Shown here one piece after another: positions 12,328 through 27,410 of a stretch of DNA of 64,000 nucleotides (positions are counted from its first letter, which is position 1; each line of letters opens with the position of its first letter). The notes beneath the pieces were generated by a model. It made no database searches. It was not told the origin of the DNA and was given only the letters and a program-made list of their open reading frames with translations. The stretch comes from Eledone cirrhosa (lineage: Eukaryota). Both the position numbers and the translations under genes were made by a program. Location of the stretch: positions 12,710,001-12,774,000 of the forward strand of contig OZ024745.1 of assembly GCA_964016885.1 (NCBI GenBank). The letters are read 5' to 3'.

Positions 12328-13670
12328 ATCGTTGCTTTCACCCTTTGTTATTTTAATAAATATATTTTTCAATGACAAATATAACAAACTAGTGAATATC
12401 ATAAACATGCATTTATTCATCAATATACACAAAAGATTTTCGTAACATTATTCATTCCATTAACAAACATTTTGCTGCTGAATTAGAATCATTCATTCTT
12501 TACAGAATCTGAAAGAAAAAAAAATGAGTTGTATTTTTCATCTGGACATCGGCAGATATGAGCTAGAAAAAATCTATTTCCAACACATATTCACCGATGT
12601 CTAGATTAATAATATGTGTGTATGTATGCATGTGTGTGCGTTTCGTATCGAAGGCCTTCACTCCCGAGGGGAGCCATTGTGTATTGGTGTTCACCATTCT
12701 TCTCCAGTTTTCGAATTTTTTTGGTATCGAGAGTAAATCTCTTGTCTTCTCGGAAGCCCCAGGTTTCCCTGCCCTGGAAGAGCCTGGTCAAGAGTTCATA
12801 CAGCGCGTGCGGCTGTACCGTACACCTTGCAACTAGGTTACAGGGGGTGTTTAAGAACCCAAGACTACCTGGTAAACGTCGAAAACAAGGTGAAGATGAC
12901 TGCTACTTCACACTAGTCTTCAAGACGGACTCAACTACAAACCATATCGGGTTACCCGTGGCAGTAGACTGATTAATTATTTCAAATCACATCTATTTAT
13001 AACCTTCTATAGATGTTATAAGCATTATGACGTCATAATGACAATATGGAGGAATTTTAAATGTTAAGTTTTCAATTTTTTTTCTTCTTCTTTTTTTGCA
13101 AAAAAACAAAATATTTATTTATGAATAACTAATCCCCCCCATCCCCTTCTCATTCTTCTTTGACACTAGGGTCCTTCCCATTCCCCACCCCCTTTCCGTA
13201 TTTTCTCTCGTTTTTTCTTAATATTTTCCTATTTTACATTGCATTAATAAAGGAAAGAGCAATAAATAAATAAATAAATAAATAAAAGGGAAAGAAAAAG
13301 GCTATGTGGTGAGGATGAAACCCTGTACGTATGGCCGGGTGGCATATCTCAGCTGTGTCTAGCAGACAAGATGGCGAGAATATTGCCACAATGAACAATT
13401 GACGATACCCATCAGTCCTTTTAACTGGAGGACTCCTTTCTCAGCTTTTGATGCTTTCGTCCCGATTTGACAGACGAAAACAACATTCCGGGTATTAACA
13501 GACAAAATGTTTAAACGTCGACTGACAAAAAAAGGAATCAGTCAATTTATGTCTTGTATTTGTTCATTTTCCACTCCCTTACATTGTAAGAGTTAGATTT
13601 GACAAAATTTCAGATTTAAATCAGGGGTTTGGAATTCAAGGATTCAAAGGTCCATTACGCCCTGAGGAAG

Positions 13671-13701
<31 letters not shown>

Positions 13702-13804
13702 ACAGCTCACATCTATGCATGTTTAGCTGGCCTCCTCCAAGGTATATCTCGTTGGAGGTGTCTTGGGTAATTTAATGATAGTGACCCCAGTCCTATCATC
13801 TCAT

Positions 13805-13890
13805 TTCTACAGCTGAATAAACTGGAGCAACGTGAAAAAAAGTGTCTTGCTCAAGGAAACAACACATCACCCGGTCCGAGAATTGAAGCA
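13805..13890 (-). mobile_element. SINE fragment (family 2)
   Basis: ctggagcaacgtgaaa..gtgtcttgctcaaggaaacaac; related copies at ~31130, ~50080 (plus strand) and ~63910. Confidence 0.6.
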
Positions 13891-14089
13891 TGGCGTCCGA
13901 CCTCTACCGATACACCAAATTTCCACCATTAATAATGATAATCTACAATACAGCTGAAAATCCCCCGGAACAGACTAGTGACTGGTTAGTTCGTTATCAT
14001 CGACACCGAGATCGCCCCACCCTCGAGAACGTCGTCGTACTTGTGCACCACCAGTCCTCTATAGAACTCTAATGTAGAATGTCCATTGA

Positions 14090-14965
14090 CCGCAATGCCC
14101 AATTAGTAGACGGCTGTGTGCGCCTGACAAAATTCCTGATAGCAGGCACCCAATCTTGGTCTTTGCTTGATCTACGATTGCATCTCAGTGAAAGAGACAA
14201 GCTAGGGAAATAGGTGCTTTACATACGACGACCACACCTGTTAACCGGTCAGGCGGTAGGTAGTAGGTGACAGATGCGATGTACGTATTCGCCATCTGTG
14301 GCCGACCTTTCAGAGATAGCTTTCTCACGGCCCAATTTTGGATGCGAGTGGTCACTCTGCTTGTTACCTCCAAGTTTCTATTCATTTGGAGGTCTGGATC
14401 AAACTAGACCCCGAACAATTTAACCGGCCCACCAGTCCATCGCCTGACGACGCTGTTGGAATGTATAGATTCGTTTCTCCAGGTACTGAGTCGCAGGCAC
14501 CGATTTTCCCTAGTGCAATTTCATCCCTGTTAACGTTTCATATACCCTGAGAGCGTTGCTCATCACCTCACTGTAGTTGGTGTTCGACACCACTTTGTTG
14601 ACGTCGTAGGTATATGCTGACACGGAGCTCCCACAACTTAGTTCCCACAAGCTGCCTCTCAACGTCTCCAGTGTGTACAGTAGTGGTTCGAGAGCCAGCA
14701 CATACAACAGGGACGAAAGGCAACAAACTTGGCGGACTAAGCGCATGATATTGAGCTCTGACCTCAGAGTAAATGTTGCTGTGCATATACGATATATCTC
14801 GTTCAGCCTCTCTCTGGCTCTCTTTCCCTCTCTCACTATATATAGTCATTACGACAGCGGAGGTCCGACGAGCTTTTGATTCCAGAGACTTTCCAAATCG
14901 ATACAGATCGAACCTTGAGCTGATCAATAGCGAAACACTCGTCACCACTCAATAATCATAATGAA
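14090..14965 (-). mobile_element. Decayed L1/Tx1-like RT fragment
   Basis: LSSLLYVLALEPLL, VSAYTYDV (decayed YADD) and W..RKLSLKGR; duplicated at 31410-32257. Confidence 0.75.
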
Positions 14966-14985
14966 GACATAACAAATCGCCCTTT

Positions 14986-15052
<67 letters not shown>

Positions 15053-15930
15053 CTATAAGATATAGATTAAGGGATTTTTCGCTGCTGTTTCTAGCAAACA
15101 GAATGAATGCAGAATGACTTCCTCGTGACTTGTTCCTTGATCATGTATGTACATGAGTGCACAATATATATTTATTGAATTAATATAAATATGTATATAG
15201 TTTAATTATATACTGGTGGTGTTAGACATGGCCTGGGCCAATACTGGCCGAAACCTATCAAAGTTATTAAGATTATCAAAATTATATTTATTTATGCATA
15301 ACAGTTTTTATTAGGAATTCGAATATAAATTCAATTTAGTTATAAATGAAAACATATTCTGCTAATCTTTGCGAACATAGAAAAAAAATGAAGCAAAACA
15401 AAAGAAAAAGAAAACAAAGATTGCTTTGGTTTGTAACACATCTAATAGGATCTGGTAAATCGATGGAAAATTGGCTGCTATTTCTAGCAAATAGAGCCAC
15501 TACCCAAGGTGATGGTCATGACCCCGCAGAGACTATCTTATCTATATGCATACAATCAATGACATTCATGTGTTTATATGGGTATCTGAGACTACATTGT
15601 TTAATGTGTGTCCTTCGTTGTTTGAAAACATAGCAGGAGGTAAATTTGGCTGCTATTTTTAGCAAAATCATAAACATTCATGTCAGCAAAAAACAAAAAA
15701 AAAACTTCTTTTTCAAGGGAGGCAACTCTGATGAATATTTTCAGAAAAATTAGAAAACCTTTTCGGAGAATGCTAATTACTTGCCGTCGCTAATGACCTG
15801 ACGTCAATTTTACCAACTGATTCTATTTTTTACATTTTTTATGTAAAATCTTTGAAGTTTTAGTTTTATCATTGTTGCTGGGGGTTGTTTAAGACTACAC
15901 CCCTATAGTATATATATATATATATATATG

Positions 15931-16940
15931 GAACCAGTAAGACCCCGACGGCTGAGCTCAAGCCGTTTCGACGGCTAATTCTGGACTAAATGAAAATTTA
16001 TCCTGGTATTTAAATAGCCGATCTTCTCAACGGGTAATTCCATATATGGTCAAAGTGATTGTCAAAAGTCAGTAGTAATTCTATGATTGCAAATTAGTAG
16101 GGGAGATGGTGGCTAAACCTGCCAGTAGGAGAAAGAGGGGAGGGGGTGGAGTAGACCCAATCAAGCGTTGGTAGTGCCAGCTACAGCTGGGCATGAGGTC
16201 AAAGAAGATACTGGGGAGGGGGAGGGGGAGGAAGTCGGAACGGTAGTTAGAACAATGAGGGGTAAAAATATATATGAAAGAAAAAATACTGAGAGTGAAG
16301 AAAAGCGAATAAGTGTAAAGAAAAAAGTAAAGCAAGTTCTACGACCTAAGTCTCTAGCTATTGTTAGGCTAGATAAATAAATAAATAAACAAAGAAAGAA
16401 GTAAAGAAAGAAATAAAGAAATAACGAAATAAGTAAATGAACTAGGTGGGACGGAATAGGCAAGGACCCTTTTAAGAGGTATAAGTACGTAAATCATACG
16501 GTGACGGGTCAACAAATGGTGCCAAAATACTAAAGAGACTACCACGAAATAAATAATAAAGGTTTCTATCCCGGGCACAATGCCACCAACCACCCAGTGC
16601 AGCAAAGTAAACTAGCACTACCAACGCTTGATTGGGTCTACTCCACCCCTCCCCTCTTTCTCCTACTGGCAGGTTTAGCCACCATCTCCCCTACTAATTT
16701 GCAATCACAGAATTACTACTGACTTTTGACAATCACTTTGACCATATATGGAATTACCCGTTGAGAAGATCGGCTATTTAAATACCAGGATAAATTTTCA
16801 TTTAGTCCAGAATTAGCCGTCGAAACGGCTTGAGCTCAGCCGTCGGGGTCTTACTGGTTCCTATTACCCACTCTACTACCCCAAGTATTGGGTACTTTGG
16901 TGCGTTATGGTCCACCTGGTTCCTTACCACATTTCTTTCG

Positions 16941-16942
<2 letters not shown>
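15931..16942. mobile_element. Fold-back element (family B) with ~250 bp inverted arms, inserted between (TA)n tracts
   Basis: 15931-16187 is the reverse complement of ~16612-16860; an unpaired ~80 bp tail follows the right arm. Confidence 0.85.
16756..16849 (+). ncRNA. Hammerhead ribozyme motif with variant core, family B (mirror copy at 15942-16035, minus)
   Basis: ACCCG-TTGAGAA-G, long stem II (ATCGGCTA...TAGCCGTC), GAAA, stem III CGGCT/AGCCG, GUC site, then GGGGT. Confidence 0.65.
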
Positions 16943-16979
<37 letters not shown>

Positions 16980-17839
16980 ATACAATAACAGAGAAAGCTT
17001 TAAGCTAAACTCTGACTGGTAACCATCTCACTCACCAAACATTAGGATATACGTTAGTATAATTCCAATGTTGTGTTTGGGGTGCTAACTATATGTATTT
17101 TGTGGAAAACCAGTTGTATTATTTTATATGAGATATAATTAAAATTAAAATATATCTCTCTTTCCAAACAATTGTTTCATTATAAGTTTTCTACAAGTTG
17201 GGAGAATGTTTCCAGTTTATGTAGAAGTCTAACATATTTTTCTGTAAGAATATATGTAGGTGGGCACTTATAAATCATCAGTGGATGCCCATTAAACTTT
17301 CATATAAGAAAAAATTTCTTACCGCAGTTATTTTTCGTGTTGGCTAAGTCATCCCTTCACGCATCAAATGACCGCCAAATTTGAAATTCCAACAGTCTTT
17401 AGACAGAGGAAATATCATAGCGTCACGAAGCGGAAAAGGGAGGCAATCGCGAGTCACAAGAAAAGTAAAATAATATACACGTGGGTTAATTAGTTTTTTC
17501 AAAAACATTATATCAATTCTGCGTGTTAAGAACTCAATTAATTTAAAAAAAATAAATGTATGCATGTAATAATTACACACGCATATAGATATTTTCTTAG
17601 CCTAAAAACAGAGAAGTGATACCTAGATAACAAACAATATCTCATAACTAATAAATACGGAAAGTTACGTTTAAAAGGTATCTGGAAATAAAATTCTGTG
17701 GCCAAATCAAGAGTAAAATATTTATATATATATACATTTAGCTCTGGTTTTTAACTATTGAGCGCTTTGCCAGTATCATTTCTGATTTTTGCGTTTCGCT
17801 TCGCTTTTCCTGCCTGCCGAAATGCGATTCTCGCTGAAT

Positions 17840-17877
<38 letters not shown>

Positions 17878-17960
17878 TTTTAAGTATAAATGATGAAAAT
17901 AGCTATTTACATATGAAGCAAGAACTGTTGCTGGGGGTTGTTTAAGACTACACACCTATA

Positions 17961-17998
<38 letters not shown>

Positions 17999-18000
<2 letters not shown>

Positions 18001-18990
18001 TAACTGAGGTACCCAGCGTTGCTAGGGTATAAGTAATACAATTGTTTGTGCAGAAACAACACTTGATGAAGCTCTTGGTTGAAATAAATCTTATAGGAAA
18101 ACATGGTCATCATCGGAGATGTCCACACCACGGCCAACTGGTTAATACGACCCGCAGAAGCCATCTATCCGTCCCGTAAGATGTTCCATTCGCTTAAATA
18201 TATGCATGTTAGCAGCAAAGATGACACAGCCTAGGGTGGGTAGGTAATTTTTAAATATCTTTACGGCCTGTGTATCAACTGTGGCCCGTTGAAGATTTCT
18301 ATTCGACTCGCAAAGGGTTCTGCCAGGTATACATTTTTGGAAAATACCCCCGCATTACCCAACCAGAGCTCATAAATCCCATTTGTCTAGGTAAAACTCG
18401 GCCCGTGGAGGGCAAATTCAATTGTTATACATCCCATTGTTGTACAGCTTTCTGTCCCACAGGAAAAAACCATCCACTGCACATAAGTGGTGTATCGATG
18501 ATGTTTCAAAAAAGCATTTGCGACATTCGATATTTGCGGTGTTTTCGCTTTATTAAGGTGCCCTGGGGAAACTTATTGATACATAAATAATGCACCTGTA
18601 ATAATAAAACTTTATTGATACATAAATAATGCACCTGTACAGTTTAAAGCAAATTGGTTGCTCATATCAGAAGAAACAAACCAAATGAAAAATATGTTTG
18701 TGTAGCTTTTTGCCTTCTGCGAGTTGTCTGGGATAATTTTTTCTTAGCCTAAATCCATCCTCAGCACATAATTCATATGAGCATTTGTATGCAAATGTCC
18801 TATTGATTTATTAAAAAATCGATGCAGACTGGAAATTATTGTTTTTTTTTTAACTTCAAAGTACGTAAGAAATCAAATGGGCACGTGAGCCACAAACGTG
18901 TCAAGTTTCATCAAGATCGGTTTGGTAGTTTTTGAGTTTTAGGTTCACAAACAAATCCACAAACAAACATACAAACAGACAGAAATTGCC
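17999..18990 (-). mobile_element. Non-autonomous Helitron-like element
   Basis: Minus-strand 3' end ccctagcaacgctgggtacctcagttagt (hairpin plus terminal TTAG); TTTG/TCTG short repeats at the other end. Confidence 0.5.
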
Positions 18991-19206
18991 ATTGTAGTGT
19001 TCAGAAGAGAAGACTGCGTTGGTATGGACATGTGATGCGCATGGAAGATGGCTGCTGGGTAAAGAAGTGCCAAGAAATCCCAGTGGAAGGAAGACCACGA
19101 AAATCATGGGTGGAGGTGGTGAGAGCTGACCTCAAATCGCTGAAGCTCATGGAGGAGATGACGAAGGACCTTGACAAATAAAATGATGATGATGATGATG
19201 ATGATA
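18990..19206 (+). mobile_element. RTE LINE 3' end with (GAT)n tail
   Basis: Homologous to 4850-5060. Confidence 0.8.
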
Positions 19207-19660
19207 TAACTCAAACTCTAAACCTAACACTAACTAACCCAAACCCTAACCTTAACGCTTGCCTTAATCCTAACGCTAACACTGAACTCTAACTCAAACC
19301 CTAACCCTGTTACTAACACTATCACTAACCCTAATCCTAACCATAACACTAAACGTAACCCTAACGCTAGCCTTAACCCTAACCCTAAATTTAACCCTAA
19401 CACTAATCCTAACCCTAACACTAACCTTAACCCTTACACTTACCCAACCCTAACCCTAACTCTAAATCTAAACCTAACACTAACTTTAACCCTAGCCTTA
19501 CCCCTAAACGTAACCCTTACCCTACCCTAAATCCTAACCTTAAACCCTAACACTAACCCTAACCTTAACCCTAATCCTAACCATAACTCTATCACTAACC
19601 CTAACTCAAAACCTAAACCTTTACCTTAACCCCAACCTTACCCCTAAATCCTTACCCTAA
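19207..19660. repeat. Interstitial degenerate telomere-like (CCCTAA)n array
   Basis: Repeated aaccct/aacact/aatcct hexamers. Confidence 0.8.
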
Positions 19661-21105
19661 GGGCCAATGGCGTGAATTTGGATAACTATGTAGAATGGTA
19701 ACTGTAAGTTAAGGACTTCAGGATGAAAACCATTCAATTGAAAGGAACTGAGAGAGATTTGGGCTGAACACACGCTTTCAAATGAATTATAGTCAGCCAA
19801 TTGGCACAGTTATTATTCATATTAAATGTCTCTTCATTCATATTTCAAATCTCGCTGATGTCAATTTTAAGCACTACTCCAGGTCGTTTGATGGCGGTAT
19901 TGTTACAGAAGTCCTTATTTATTTGCAAAGTTTTGTTATGTAGGTGTAAGCATCAAAATAAGTCAAGGTTTTGTTTTTGCTGTTGGGTCAGACCTGACTC
20001 AGCAGACAGCCATTTTGAAAAGTCATTCGAGCTGTGACCATCTCATTTTTATTTTTGTTGCTATTTTTGTTGTTGTCGCTCTTGTAGTTGGAGTTGTTGT
20101 TTTTTTCAGTTGTTTCGTTGTGGCTGTTGTTCATGTTGTTGTTGGTGATGTTGCTAATTTTGTTGTTGAATGTTGTGTTTGTAATTGTTATTTTTTCTTT
20201 GATCACAATGGTGCCTGCTGTAGTTATGTTATCCCTCCTCTCAACTGTTAAGTCACTATCCCGAGACGGCAGTTTTAATGTTGGAGGTGGGGGTGGGGGA
20301 CTGTCTCATCCATTTTATTAAAAAGATACCGCAAAAATCAAATACAATTCCAAGAAAACAACAACTCAAATTTATAAACTCACGGAGCTTACAAAAAACA
20401 CGTCTTCTCTTGTCGACAACCAATAATAACAATAATAATGCTTTCTTTATTAACCACAAGGGTTGACACAAAGTATAACATTAAGGACAACACAGGATAA
20501 TAATAATAATTGTTTCTACTTTTGGCACAAGGCCAGCAATTATCCCAGTGCAAAAGTTTCTGCTTTAGGTACAATTTTATTTTGAGGGGGAATTAAATCG
20601 ACCCCAAGGTGTTACTGGTACTTTATTTTATTGACCCTGTAAAGATGAAAGGCACACACATCACATCACACATCCTCCCTTTCCAATATCCTAAACGGAC
20701 GTTAGTCCGTTTAGTAATATTGTTGTGGTCGTGTTTTCGTTGGCAATCGTCTGTTTACGACAGTACAGCGCGGCTCTACTTTATTGAACTGAGATAAAAC
20801 TTATATGAGCATGAACAGTAGACCATTACGCATCTTTTGGCTTAAAAATCTAGAAATTTGGTCCAGCGGGAAAAAGTTTATAATCAAAGTTTGCTGATAA
20901 ATCTTGTGTTCAAGTGAGTGATTAGTAAGCGTGACGCTAGGTCAGGTAATCCACAAATGACGTAGCTTTCTCATTAAGCAAGTTGCCTCAACTAGATTGC
21001 AATTATACTCAAAAGAACTTTAAAATGTCAATCACTTGTCAGTAATTCACTATGATCATTTAATTATTAGATAGTTGTTGCTTGCATTGCTTTAAAAAAT
21101 AGTAG

Positions 21106-22154
21106 ACCAGATAGAAAAATGCGTACAGCAAAAAAAAATAATATTGTTGGAATATAAACCTTTAAAAATACAGGACAAGAAACTAAAATAAAACTTTAAA
21201 AGAATAGGACAAGAAACTAAGATAAAACTTTAAAGAATTGGACAAGAAATAAAAAATTTTACAATAATATTAGTGGCAACATTTTTTTATTCGTTTCCTG
21301 TGCTATGCCCCAGTATCTTCTTGATTAGTGCATAATAATTGTCATGCTCTCATTGTGCGTTGCTCCTGAGTGGTTGGTTCTGGTTGGGGTTGGTTGGCTG
21401 AGCAGTTCTGCTCCGTCAGAATGACCATTGCAAGAAGAATTGGCCGATGCAGCTGCAGGTCTCCTCCAAGAATGCACTTCTGGTCCCGCAACACCAGACG
21501 AAGATGGAGAAGACGACCGGGACAAGATGTCGACTCTGACCACCGACTACGGCGCCTCCCTCAAACACCGGTCCTCCCTCCCTCTGTCCCGTCATCCCTC
21601 CAGTCCTCCTGCTCCCCCTTCCTGTACCAGAAAGCTGTGGCACGCATTCATCTGGACTGCCGGACTTGAACTCAAGGACAAGATGCAAGGAGAAGATGGA
21701 CGGGTTGGTCAAGATCAAGGATGAACGGGACGACAAGACCGTCCGCTGCTGCTCAAGTTCTGTGCTCATGGGCCCATGGGTCCATTCACATTATGCATGA
21801 CACATGAGGCGTGTCGCCGAATGATGAAATAGGGGTATGGTTATGGCCCAATTGGTGTTCAAACCAGGATCAAATGATCCCCCTGGTCTGACGACGACCT
21901 CTGAATGTGGAACCCAGAGCCTATGAATGTGGAACTCGATTTTTTACCAATAAAAATTTTGCCACTAATATTATTGTAACATTTTTTATTTCTTGTCCAA
22001 TTCTTTAAAGTTTTATCTTAGTTTCTTGTCCTATTCTTTTAAAGTTTTATCTTAGTTTCTTGTCCTATTCTTTTAAAGTTTTATTTTAGTTTCTTGTCCT
22101 GTTTATATTCCAACAATATTACTTTTTTTTGCTGTACGCATTTTTCTATCTGGT
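21106..22154. mobile_element. Foldback/TIR-type element with ~190 bp inverted termini and a GC-rich interior
   Basis: 21106-21288 is inverted relative to 21951-22154; the arms contain ~31 bp tandem subrepeats (ggacaagaaactaagataaaactttaaaagaat). Confidence 0.8.
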
Positions 22155-24559
22155 ATATATATATATATAAACAACATTTATTTTAGTAGTCACACACAAT
22201 GGAATTGAAACCGCAATTCAAGGGAAATAACTCAAACGTGAATAAACTGTATGCAGCAAATTAATGTTAACGTCGGATTTCCCCAATTATAAAAACCTAC
22301 TCCAAAACTAAGCTTTAGTGAAATTGTTATGTTGCTGTCCAATGTAAGCTCTACACAGAAAATAATTCCCTAGTGCATTCTTGTAAGAAAAGTTAATATA
22401 AAAAATAATGTAAAATGCAGTGTTCAGATTTGAATCTAAGAAGTTACGATAACATCCCAGAAGATGATGACATGACAGTATTTGAATAAATAAATCCGTT
22501 TTTTTTTTATTTTTGACATCAGTAAACAGTATAATTTTATGAAAACTCTTGTGCTGTTATGTTTTTGTGTAAAAAATATAAGGCCTAACCCGAAAATAAG
22601 TCCTAGTGCCTTTTTTAAAGGAAAAAATAGTATAAGATCTGTCTTATAATAGGGAAGCACGGTATTAAGGCGTTGAATTGGTAGAATCGCTAGAGCGTTA
22701 GATAAATGCTTAGCAATATTTGTTTCCACTCTTTACTGTCTAAATTCAAATCCTGTCGAGATCAACTTTGCTTTTTGTCCTTGCGAGGTCAATAATATAA
22801 AGAACCAGTCAAGCACTGAGGTCGATATAATCGATTTCCCCCTCCCCAGATTGCTGGCTGTGTGCCTAAATTTGAAACAATTATTGAATATTTCAAGCGA
22901 ATTAGTGACTTTTTCGAAGTTAATACATGAAGGATGGTTAATTATAGATAACTATAGCTGTATATCAAATATTAATCATTTAAACATCTCCATTGTTTCT
23001 AATGAAACATCAAATAGTGCTAAACTTATGTAATAGTATAACTGTCAACAACATTCAAATCTATAGAAATTTACTTGTATGTTAGTAATATATGGACCCG
23101 TAACTCCTGAGGGGGCCGTAAGGACGCTGTATTGACATACGGCGTTTCTAGGTTATTTTAAAATCTGGCAGAGCCCATCTCCTTGCCAGGTCTGAATACA
23201 GCAGACTTTTTCCAGAGAACAATAGAGAGTGAGAGAATTGAAGAAAGAAAGAGACACAGAGAAATGATCGACCCCAGTACTAGATTGGTATTTAATTTTA
23301 TCGATTGCAGTAGCTGGGTGTGAAGGACTGGTGTCATGGACATGGGGTGTCTTGTATTCTTAGTCACTCAACGTCATGGAAACTGAGATAACCACCGGCC
23401 TGATGAGCTTCTGGACTCAAGACAGACTTTAAATGTTTCCAGTTATACAGATGGGGCACATTTAAACAAGGGAGTAGGTTGGGAAGGTACTTAGTCTTTC
23501 GAAAATAATAATAGAGATAAGAAATTCAGATTGCCCAAGATTTTCACAATATTTGCTGCAGGTTTGTGGGGAATGATATTATCCAAAGAAATGACATGGG
23601 GAGAAGGTTTTTTATTTACTAATAGTTTATGGGACCTAGAAGTACTTCAATTAAGAAAATGAAATCATGTTAGACGTATTGAAACTTTTCTGCTTAGAAT
23701 AGATAATTATCTTCCAGAAAATGATAAGAATAAATAAACACCAATTATTTGGATACCAGGTCATACATATATTAGGAAAACAAATGAATTGGCAAAGGAG
23801 GGAACACAAAGGGAAATAATAAATAAAGATTATATCCCAAATCTATTGGAATTCAAGTCCTTTAACAACAATGTAATTATATAAAGCTCTCAAATCTCAA
23901 TCCTCCATTACCTCAGTCAGACCTGTCAATATTTAAAATATAGCAGACAGTGAACAATGTTAATAAACAAAGATTATGTTAGATTCGAATGGGTTGAACT
24001 ATATTTTTTCCTGAACTGGTCATATGGAATCGCTTGTCTCCTTGTGGAGACTGACAAGAAATCTTGTGTCCTTGTGAAGACTGCCAAGAAATTCTTTGGC
24101 ACTATTTATTCTAATTTAGAAACTACCAATTTGAGAAAGGAAGAGAGAGAGAGAGAGAGAGAGGGGGGGAAGGATCTTGAAGTTGGTCTTTAAAAACTTC
24201 TAACTTTGCAGCTGAAACATATTGTCAAAAATCTACCAACTATATACAAATCTTTCAGTACATGTAGGCCACGAAATGGTTCAGCTTCACAAGCTTTCAG
24301 CTATTCTATAGTTGCCATTGTTTTTTAACCTTTTTTATTTTGCTTCCTATTGTCATTTACTCTCTGTCTCCCTCTTCTTAACTGGAAGAGATACTAGATA
24401 GCTCCCATAGTTTGTCTTGGCTTACTAGGTTTATACGGACGTTTAAATTGATTAAACATTTAAATAAATATTAATTTTTACACGACATCATGTGCATTTC
24501 GTTCTTGTATTCAACACAAAAAAAAGAAATCATCTCAAGGAAGGTAACCACATATATTA

Positions 24560-25519
<960 letters not shown>

Positions 25520-25522
<3 letters not shown>

Positions 25523-25830
25523 CCAGCCCCATCGAGCTGGGAGGGGAAGCCTACAGCGTCCATCCATGCTCAATGACATTGTTGAGGGCAGCATGGCGTG
25601 GAAGGCGGCCGGCACTGTGGCGACAGGAAAGCGGGGTTTGGAGGCCGCGTGAAAACAGGCAAGGCGGTGCTGGTCGAGCTGGCGCGGGAGGCTGTTGAGG
25701 CCAGGCTGCACTGGATGGTATCCCATAAGCTTTGGGGGAGAAGGAGGAGGGACGTCTACTGGTGTAAGTCCCAGCCTGTCCCACGTCTCATAGGCGACTT
25801 CACGCTCCCTGAACACAGAGGGTTCTATTA
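25520..25830 (-). mobile_element. CRE-like RLE fragment (duplicated, shortened)
   Basis: Matches ~7907-8220. Confidence 0.75.
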
Positions 25831-27071
25831 TATGCTCAAATAATTATAAATAATAAAATACTCAAAATTACATATGTAAATAATTGTTTATACTTTTGGC
25901 ATAAGGCCAACAATTATCCCAGTGCATTACTGGTACTTTATTTTATCGACCCCGTAAGGATGAAAGACAAAGTTAACCTCGATGGGATTTGAACTCAGAC
26001 TGTACATATGTAAATAATATTATATTCTTCTATACAAATCCCGCCGAGGTTGACTTTGCCTTTCATCTTTACGGGGTCGATAAAATAAAGTACCAGTAAT
26101 GGACTGGGTATTTGCTGGCCTTGTGCCTAAAGTAGAAACAATTATATTCTTCTATACAGAGTTTGATTACTTTAACAATTTACATTAAAAAAACAAAAAA
26201 AAACCCCGTTAAGCGGAATCTAACTCCCATTTGCAGGATGGTGAACAGCGGCGCTACAAATGTACCACAGTGGCAACGCTTCTTTGTTTCTCATTTTAGG
26301 GCTAATATATTGCACGATTTTAACAAGGAAGCGTTCAACCTGTGTGTGTATGTGCGAGGAAGATTAAAAATATAACTGAAAGTTATTTCTTTTTCTTAGG
26401 TTGTATGCTGTTTAAAACGCCCATAATTTGATGAGACGATCTAAAAACTGTACTAACTAGGCAATTTGATTTTCTGTTGGATTTTATAAAGGAATTCGAT
26501 ACAAAAAATATCTGTAGTCTGTATCGGACTCACCCTTGACATGAGGAGAATAACTGCGCTACTACGGTACCACGGCGCCAATCGCCAGTATAGATCTTAT
26601 TCTGAATACTTACCCTTGCGTCCAGAGTAACCGTCGATTTTTGTTGGGTTTCTTCATGAGTGACACTCGGAAGTCTCCCCCTATTGCGGAATATTCTTTT
26701 GCTTAAATTCTTTACCTTTGTTATTTTCGAGATTTTTTTTTACACGAAAACACCTACAATATTTCATCCTGTACCAGTGGTCACGTAGCAGAAGGCACCC
26801 AGAGAACGAACGTTTGGGTCCCTGGCAAGCGAGAAGGACCCTCCTAAGCTCGTCGATGTTGATCGACGTAGTTTGAGGAAGCATTAAACAGGATCGCTGT
26901 CTCGTCTGGGTGGCAGTGAATGGCTGAAGCTGCACAGGCGAGGGGAAGAGGCAGCTGCTACAGCGTCACATTAAGAAAGCATTTGAAGTTTGTCGTGTAA
27001 GATAGAAACAAGAGAAGTGGGGAAACATACCACACCCTGGACATTTGCAGGCTTCCTATCTTTTTTAAGTA

Positions 27072-27142
<71 letters not shown>

Positions 27143-27346
27143 TTCACACATAACATACATATATATTATATATACATGGACACACTGGAAGAAGAAGACC
27201 AAGGTTAACGTATGTTGATGCCCTAAGGACAGACACTGGTCTGTTGGAGACGCAGGACATGGCAGCGATAATGAGGGACAGAGACCGCTGGAGAGAACTC
27301 GTCCATGGATCTCGGGAATTTTAGCCACTCTATATATATATGTGTT

Positions 27347-27410
<64 letters not shown>

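Noticed and set aside
12597-12972. Duplicated 79-118 aa ORFs as host genes
   Set aside because: No recognisable domain; identity between copies is explained by the recent duplication
23399-23445. CTGATGAG as a hammerhead core
   Set aside because: No downstream GAAA or pairable stems I and III; the same applies to CTGATGA at ~15728 and ~17277 (minus)
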